Below, piece after piece: positions 58,608-64,000 of a DNA stretch of 64,000 nt (positions within the stretch are counted from its first letter, which is position 1; each line of letters begins with the position of its first letter). The stretch lies in sequence record PZ171035.1; one strand, given 5' to 3'. Position numbers and translations under genes: made by a program. This DNA is from a phage. The notes beneath the pieces were generated by a model, which made no database searches, was not told the DNA's origin, and saw nothing but the letters and a program-made list of their open reading frames with translations.

Positions 58608-59308
58608 CCTCGTTGTTCAAATTTAGTTTCGGTAATTGAAATACTTCCATTAGCCAGGTCGTAATCAACAACCTCACCACAGATGCTTTCATATGTTTGC
58701 AGATACTCTGCTGCTTTAGCGTTAGCTTCGGGAGTATTCAAACCAGTGTGGTAACGGTAACCCACCCAGTTATGAAGTGCCGTCATTAGCGTATCAGCTA
58801 AATCAACTTCCTGTTCTTCATCACCCGTAAGAACTGGGTGCTTAGCTTGATACGTTACGTTAAGTGCCTCAAAGTGTCGAGGTCGCATACACTGAATAGT
58901 ATCAGGCCGTGGAGTGAAAATAGCACGAGGGTCTGAGTCGTCGTTCAGTCTACGTCGATTCCCAGAGTTATCAAACACATTTAGGATTTTAATAACATCA
59001 TCCTGGAAAGGCTTCATGAACCCATCCATGATGTACGGATATTGAACCTCAAGGGTAGGCTTAGTAAATCTGGAGTAAGCATATTTGGATTGAAGAGGAT
59101 AATCAGTACGACCTTCCTTCATCTCCACAATGCAGCTATTTGTCTTAAGAGGGAAACGACTATACAGTCGTACCAGTCCTTCATTAATAGCTGCCAGTAT
59201 CTCCGGCTTACTATCTGGTTCAATATCCAGTCTGTCATCCGTGACTGAACCAGTACCTTTTAAGGTACTTAGTGCCAAGCCACGGTATACTTCCGATAAT
59301 TTCTGCAT
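58598..59308 (-). CDS. tail/structural protein
   Basis: 236-aa ORF between terminase and tailspike genes. Confidence 0.4.
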   Translation of the reverse strand: MQKLSEVYRGLALSTLKGTGSVTDDRLDIEPDSKPEILAAINEGLVRLYSRFPLKTNSCIVEMKEGRTDYPLQSKYAYSRFTKPTLEVQYPYIMDGFMKPFQDDVIKILNVFDNSGNRRRLNDDSDPRAIFTPRPDTIQCMRPRHFEALNVTYQAKHPVLTGDEEQEVDLADTLMTALHNWVGYRYHTGLNTPEANAKAAEYLQTYESICGEVVDYDLANGSISITETKFEQRGWR

Positions 59309-59314
59309 GGTTCC

Positions 59315-60925
59315 TCACACAATGTATGAACGTAGTGGATTAACACTATCTTCTTCTTCCTCATCCCACATTGGGTCACCCTTGTTATCCACCAAAGTCA
59401 TACCTGCTTGTGGTTTCCAAGGATTGAGATAACCCAGCATGGAGATAGTATCAATACAGTCATCCTTACCTTTAATCCCATTAATGGTAGCTAGTTTAAT
59501 CTGGCCCATGAACAGACCCATAATAGTCGTATCTCTCAACTCTTCTGGGAAGTACATCTTACCAGCTTTGAACCATGGAACTACCAGGTTAAAGCGTGAC
59601 AGTTTAGAGGTTACAGGACGGATGCCTGGCTTACCACCCTCAGAGGATGCAAAGTTAAAGAAGACATTACGGTTAATCATTTCTTTCTGAAGGAGTGAGA
59701 TAAATCCATTTTGTTGTCCTGTAATTTCGACACCAACGTTTTGTGGTTGGTATTCCTGAACCAGACGGAAGAGGTCGTCAAAGTTCTTATCCATAAGCTG
59801 ACGATTAGCCACACCATCAACCCAGAACCAATCTCCATTAGAACTATAAGCCCAAACTGATATGACACTGTAGTCACTGGTCTGTTTCTCCGAAGTAGCA
59901 AAGTCAGTTGTAATATAATAGTTGTAGCAGGACTTCATCCTTAACAGTTGCTGTCTGCTGTACCATTTAATCTCACTATCCTGAACAAGGCGTTCATCTT
60001 CAGAACTAATACGAAGCATAAGTTCCTGGTAGAAGCCAGCCAGCTTACCAGTCTTAACTGCCATGTCATATTGGGCTTTGATGTAGTCGTAGGAGAAACG
60101 GTCATCCCATGCACCCTGAAATTCTTCTCTACTACAGGGGAACTTCTCACATACAGGCCATACGTTTACATCCCATGCACCAGACTCTACTGCTTCAATG
60201 ATAATGTCTTCCTTATTAAAGGGAGTACCATTGAAGATTACTTTACGACGAGTAGGGTCAAGAGCATGGTTCACACCTTTATAAACAGTATCTTTAATAG
60301 CTTCCATGCTAGTCTTAGAGTTAGCATCACCATCACTAATCAAGTCATCCAGTACACAGAGTGTTGGACGTTTACCATATATCTTCGTACCACGAAGACC
60401 TGTCTTAGCACCAAACAACTTAACACCAAGTCGATGTCCTTCTACATTACGGAACTCCAGTAGGTTATCCGTAAAGGTAGCTTCAGGTATCCATTGCTGA
60501 AGGAACTCACTATTCTTGTAACGAAATTCAATGTTCTTACGTGCAGACTTAGCACCGTTATCCATTGAGTCAGATACGTAAATCATTCCTTCTACTTTAC
60601 CCAGGCTAGGTAAGTGACCAAACACTGCCAGAAACAAAGTAAAGTATTCCATGAATACAGCAGTCTTACCTGCACCACGGAAGCACAGGTTAACTACATA
60701 CTGGTTCGGACTAATCATCTTATCCAGCATCTTCAGGTGAACTGGAGGTGTTTTGTTGGATTCACCTTCTTTGCCATTAACCAACTTAATAAAGTTGGCA
60801 AAGGTAAGAGCAAACTGACTAGGAACATAGTTAGATGAATTAAGGTGGGAGTAATCCACCTGGTCCAGCCATTCATCTAGTTCCTGTTTAATTAACTCAG
60901 ACATCTGTAATGTCCTCATCTGCAC
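59315..60925 (-). CDS. terminase large subunit
   Basis: 536 aa; Walker A CFRGAGKT, Walker B LCVLDDL; first large gene of the late operon. Confidence 0.65.
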   Translation of the reverse strand: MQMRTLQMSELIKQELDEWLDQVDYSHLNSSNYVPSQFALTFANFIKLVNGKEGESNKTPPVHLKMLDKMISPNQYVVNLCFRGAGKTAVFMEYFTLFLAVFGHLPSLGKVEGMIYVSDSMDNGAKSARKNIEFRYKNSEFLQQWIPEATFTDNLLEFRNVEGHRLGVKLFGAKTGLRGTKIYGKRPTLCVLDDLISDGDANSKTSMEAIKDTVYKGVNHALDPTRRKVIFNGTPFNKEDIIIEAVESGAWDVNVWPVCEKFPCSREEFQGAWDDRFSYDYIKAQYDMAVKTGKLAGFYQELMLRISSEDERLVQDSEIKWYSRQQLLRMKSCYNYYITTDFATSEKQTSDYSVISVWAYSSNGDWFWVDGVANRQLMDKNFDDLFRLVQEYQPQNVGVEITGQQNGFISLLQKEMINRNVFFNFASSEGGKPGIRPVTSKLSRFNLVVPWFKAGKMYFPEELRDTTIMGLFMGQIKLATINGIKGKDDCIDTISMLGYLNPWKPQAGMTLVDNKGDPMWDEEEEDSVNPLRSYIV

Positions 60926-61586
60926 GAACTAGTTTAGAACCAGCAACCTCTTTGGTAGGTACACCACTATTGATTGCATTGATTTGCTGCTCAGCTAATG
61001 CAGCAAGTGTTGCCTTGAGGTCAGTTAATCCAGAGTTCTCTCTCAAGTCCAGATTGATATTTGTTACCTGGTCTTTCGGTTTAGCTAAGTGAGTAAGGAT
61101 AGAGTTAGCTGCATCACATCTTACTTTCTCACTCGCTGCTGTAGTCATTAGTTCAACCTGAACGTTGATAGCCTTCTGATAATTATCTTGGTTCACAATC
61201 CACACTGGAACCAAACTTTGTTCCATGATGAGGTTAACTAGCTTACCCCTGTGGTAAGCAGATACATAAGCACTAATATCTTTCTCACTGGTTCCTCGTG
61301 CTACGAGTTCTGCTTGTCGGTTGGGGAATGTCTTGAAGTAGGCTTCCTTATTTGAGTAGCCCATGTGCTTGTAAGTCACATACTGAACTGCATTCATGTA
61401 GTCCTGTGTCTTAAACTTACCTTCCTTCATTACACCAGAGTAGGAGATAAAGTTTTCACGGAAGGACTCAGCAACCAGTTGGTCTTGGGTTATGTTGTTA
61501 ATCGTGTCTACCAACTCCTGGGTCACACTGTTTTTGAAGTTAGCAGGTAGTGCATTAATAATCTGCTGCTTAGTTAGTTCACTCAT
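60897..61586 (-). CDS. putative terminase small subunit (by position)
   Basis: 229-aa ORF immediately upstream of, and overlapping, the large terminase gene. Confidence 0.3.
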   Translation of the reverse strand: MSELTKQQIINALPANFKNSVTQELVDTINNITQDQLVAESFRENFISYSGVMKEGKFKTQDYMNAVQYVTYKHMGYSNKEAYFKTFPNRQAELVARGTSEKDISAYVSAYHRGKLVNLIMEQSLVPVWIVNQDNYQKAINVQVELMTTAASEKVRCDAANSILTHLAKPKDQVTNINLDLRENSGLTDLKATLAALAEQQINAINSGVPTKEVAGSKLVRADEDITDV

Positions 61587-61633
61587 ACTTATCTCGCTAC
61601 AAAGTTATGTCTATTAAAGAAGATTCTTTTCTT

Positions 61634-61648
61634 GGGGTGAGTTACCCC
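61634..61648 (+). promoter_or_regulatory. short GC hairpin in divergent intergenic region (candidate hairpin promoter or regulatory element)
   Basis: GGGGT-GAGTT-ACCCC; no U-tract on either strand, so unlikely to be a terminator. Confidence 0.3.
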
Positions 61649-61757
61649 TTGAAGAAACGATACCATACAGTTACACTTTAGTCATGATATAGAAAAAGTT
61701 CATGATACTAAATAGTATGTAATGTTCCGATGACCCTATTCCCAAAAGGAGTAACAT

Positions 61758-62048
61758 TTGAGAATCTATATGAGAGTCCATGACTCTAAAGATGAATACG
61801 CAGAGGTAGACCACACCGAAGCTGGTATTCTTTCAGATGATATTATCATCACACATGATGAAGATACCTATCATGAATTAGCTGGGATGATGCTTTTAGA
61901 GAATCGTCCGGGCATTAACATCCTGGAACCAAGAGAAACTTACTCTTTAGAAAAACGTTTTTCAGCTCTCGTGTTCTTCACAAAATTACCTCATAGTGTC
62001 TCCGTCAGGCGAAGCAAAGACAGTGTTCGGATGACGGTGACGATGTGA
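61758..62048 (+). CDS. small protein, paralog family member A
   Basis: TTG start with AAGGAG RBS; YHELAGMMLLEN...INILEP core motif. Confidence 0.45.
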   Translation: MRIYMRVHDSKDEYAEVDHTEAGILSDDIIITHDEDTYHELAGMMLLENRPGINILEPRETYSLEKRFSALVFFTKLPHSVSVRRSKDSVRMTVTM

Positions 62049-62187
62049 TTAGTCATGCCGCCTAGTAGACAGTGGCGGTACTCGTAAAGAGTTAATAACT
62101 TCTACAGTCAGGGTTGCCCGGCTCCTTTCCTACCTAGTAGGCTAACGATACACATGTATCTAGGGTGATGAACTGGCCCGTGATAGA

Positions 62188-62230
62188 AAACGGTAAGGGG
62201 TAGAGTCGAGAGGCTCTACCCCATTTCTTT
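62188..62230 (+). terminator. rho-independent terminator
   Basis: GGGGTAGAG-TCGAGAGG-CTCTACCCC followed by ATTTCTTTTTT. Confidence 0.55.
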
Positions 62231-62248
62231 TTTAGGAGGTATGCAAAT

Positions 62249-62644
62249 ATGAGCATCTACGCTTTTGATATTGATATTACCGGTGTACTTCGTAAGCAGG
62301 AACCCTACTACCTAGGGGAACCAGAGATGGTAAGTAAGTTCTTATCTAAACATGCAGTCTTCCTACCAGACTGTGAAGAATCCCATGAGATAGTTGGTTC
62401 ATTCTTCTTAAGTAACCTGCAAATCAATACACGTATACTTACTGAACCAGTTGTGTATGACCTTACTGAGTATGCAGACTTCGAAACATTCTTCCCAGGA
62501 GTTAGGTTCTATAAAGTACCTGGCTGGGAAATGATTGTTGAACATAACCTCTTTAATAAAACACTTTCCATTTACTTCAGACCTATCCCTAAAGGAAGGA
62601 AAATCCATCATGAAATTCATACTGACCGCCCCCAGTTTTATTAA
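62249..62644 (+). CDS. small protein, paralog family member B
   Basis: AGGAGG RBS; AVFLPDCEESHEIVGSFFLSN...RILTEP. Confidence 0.5.
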   Translation: MSIYAFDIDITGVLRKQEPYYLGEPEMVSKFLSKHAVFLPDCEESHEIVGSFFLSNLQINTRILTEPVVYDLTEYADFETFFPGVRFYKVPGWEMIVEHNLFNKTLSIYFRPIPKGRKIHHEIHTDRPQFY

Positions 62645-62924
62645 AGGGGAATCCTTATACACAACAGACTTTACTTTAGAAGAAGTCATAGACAGCAACC
62701 CTCAGCATGTAATTCTGGTTCCTACCCTAGAGGACTACCATGAAGTAAGGGGTCAACTCTTCTTAGCAGGTAATGATCGTAAGGTTGTGTGTATCATTCC
62801 TCCTTCTGTCTATACCAATAGTGGTGCGTATGATGCTCTACCTTTTATGTTGGTATCCGAGGACTACCAATGGGATAGTCGCTACGAGAATGAGGAATAC
62901 CGCTACTACTATGTAAGGAAGTAA
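62610..62924 (+). CDS. small protein, paralog family member C
   Basis: ATG 62610 with GGAAGGA RBS; VILVPTLEDYHEVRGQLFLAGN...VVCIIPP. Confidence 0.5.
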   Translation: MKFILTAPSFIKGESLYTTDFTLEEVIDSNPQHVILVPTLEDYHEVRGQLFLAGNDRKVVCIIPPSVYTNSGAYDALPFMLVSEDYQWDSRYENEEYRYYYVRK

Positions 62925-62927
62925 GAT

Positions 62928-63245
62928 ATGCACTTCTATGGTTTGAGCTATCGTAGTACCAACCCCCTTAATCTGGGGGTAGGTAAATCCCATTGGATGA
63001 GAATAAGCACGCCTATGACCATGTACTACGAACAATGTGAAAAAGCGGATGAGTTCATCGGAACCTGTCTATTATTAGGCGTACCTATTACCTTTATTAA
63101 AATAGATACTTCCATTGAAGTTCCAGAGAATGTAGTTGTATACATCTACTCTTCCTGTGAACCTCTGATAGAAACTACCCTTACGGGTAGACTTATTACC
63201 CTCTACCCTTCTACCTCATATTTATCTAGCGACGAGAGTCTCTAA
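62928..63245 (+). CDS. small protein, divergent paralog D
   Basis: AAGGAAG RBS; EFIGTCLLLGVP weakly matches the family core. Confidence 0.4.
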   Translation: MHFYGLSYRSTNPLNLGVGKSHWMRISTPMTMYYEQCEKADEFIGTCLLLGVPITFIKIDTSIEVPENVVVYIYSSCEPLIETTLTGRLITLYPSTSYLSSDESL

Positions 63246-63529
63246 TGGTTATCAGTAAAATTTATCCAGAGCCTAATGAGGAAAATTACATCCTCCATAA
63301 AGAAATAGCTGACCTGAATGCTGATGTACTTATCCTGGTTCCAGATGAACAGTCTCTACATGTGATACAAGGATTACTCTTCCTATACAATAAGAATTCG
63401 GTAGTACATCTACTTGAACCAGAAACACCTATGTCCTGGCAGGGTAGCTTTAGTCCTTGGCATCTTAATACAGACAAGTACATCCTTTCATTCGAGGGTA
63501 ACACTCCCATCTATAAGGAAAGGAACTAA
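63245..63529 (+). CDS. small protein, paralog family member E
   Basis: LILVPDEQSLHVIQGLLFLYN...VVHLLEP. Confidence 0.5.
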   Translation: MVISKIYPEPNEENYILHKEIADLNADVLILVPDEQSLHVIQGLLFLYNKNSVVHLLEPETPMSWQGSFSPWHLNTDKYILSFEGNTPIYKERN

Positions 63530-63532
63530 AAC

Positions 63533-63871
63533 ATGAACGTTAAGCTCTTGGGAATGAGTGGTACTGACTTACTGCATTATTCCTCTGTACCAGAAAAAGC
63601 AATCATCCATATTATGACCTATGGGAGTTCTACACTAATAATGGAACCAGGAGAGTTAGCAGACTTTGCACAGGGGCATAAACTTATTACTAACAGTAAT
63701 GCAGAGATAGTTATCCTGCAAAACGGTGAGTCAGTCTCCATACCATTGGGAGATTATGCTCATGTGTTTATCAAAGATGCTACCGTAAGGAATAGTAGTG
63801 GTAACCCTAACCATCCTGACTATTACTCTGGCATAGCACGTATCATCACCAGAACCTCCCCTCCTATTTAA
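63533..63871 (+). CDS. small protein, possible distant paralog F
   Basis: AAGGAA RBS; 112 aa. Confidence 0.4.
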   Translation: MNVKLLGMSGTDLLHYSSVPEKAIIHIMTYGSSTLIMEPGELADFAQGHKLITNSNAEIVILQNGESVSIPLGDYAHVFIKDATVRNSSGNPNHPDYYSGIARIITRTSPPI

Positions 63872-63885
63872 CTGCTTATAAGTGA

Positions 63886-63928
63886 GATAGCTATGATATT
63901 TTTGCATGTCAAAATGTTGATAGCTATG
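63886..63928 (+). promoter_or_regulatory. paired palindromic operator-like sites flanking a promoter-like AT-rich segment
   Basis: GATAGCTATG at 63886-63895 and 63919-63928 (core ATAGCTAT is a perfect palindrome), 33 bp start-to-start; TTGCAT-N17-TATGTA between them. Confidence 0.35.
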
Positions 63929-63940
63929 TATGGCTACAGT

Positions 63941-63960
63941 GGTGTGGCTGGGGCTACACC
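63941..63960 (+). promoter_or_regulatory. 8-bp stem hairpin near window end
   Basis: GGTGTGGC-TGGG-GCTACACC (one G-U pair). Confidence 0.3.
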
Positions 63961-64000
63961 CTTACACTCAACCATCCCCCCCGGTATGTTGACGGTGTAG

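Noticed and set aside
1-64000. Integrase, repressor or other lysogeny module
   Set aside because: No tyrosine or serine recombinase-like ORF was recognised; the gene content is consistent with a strictly lytic N4-like phage.

Overview
This window reads as most of the genome of an N4-like podovirus (Schitoviridae-type architecture). Early/middle replication and nucleotide-metabolism genes run on the + strand from 1 to ~25.3 kb, followed by a ~2.3 kb ORF-free, hairpin-rich RNA region with tRNA and tRNA-like elements, then a small accessory island (27.9-29.3 kb). A single – strand late operon (29.3-61.6 kb) carries a 3456-aa virion RNA polymerase, capsid, portal, lysis cassette, two tailspikes and terminase. 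A tandem array of paralogous small genes sits on the + strand at the right end. All calls come from reading the ORF translations and sequence by eye; no searches or folding programs were run, so family names are motif-based. The most notable observations are: (1) a group I intron carrying an HNH/AP2 homing endonuclease that splits an AAA+ ATPase gene inside its Walker B motif; (2) the structured RNA region, whose tRNA-like elements have non-canonical lengths or anticodon arms; (3) a possible Tad2-like (DUF2829) anti-Thoeris protein just upstream of the vRNAP stop; (4) the right-end paralog family with operator-like palindromes. The RNAPII subunits expected in N4-like phages were not found and probably lie upstream of the window.
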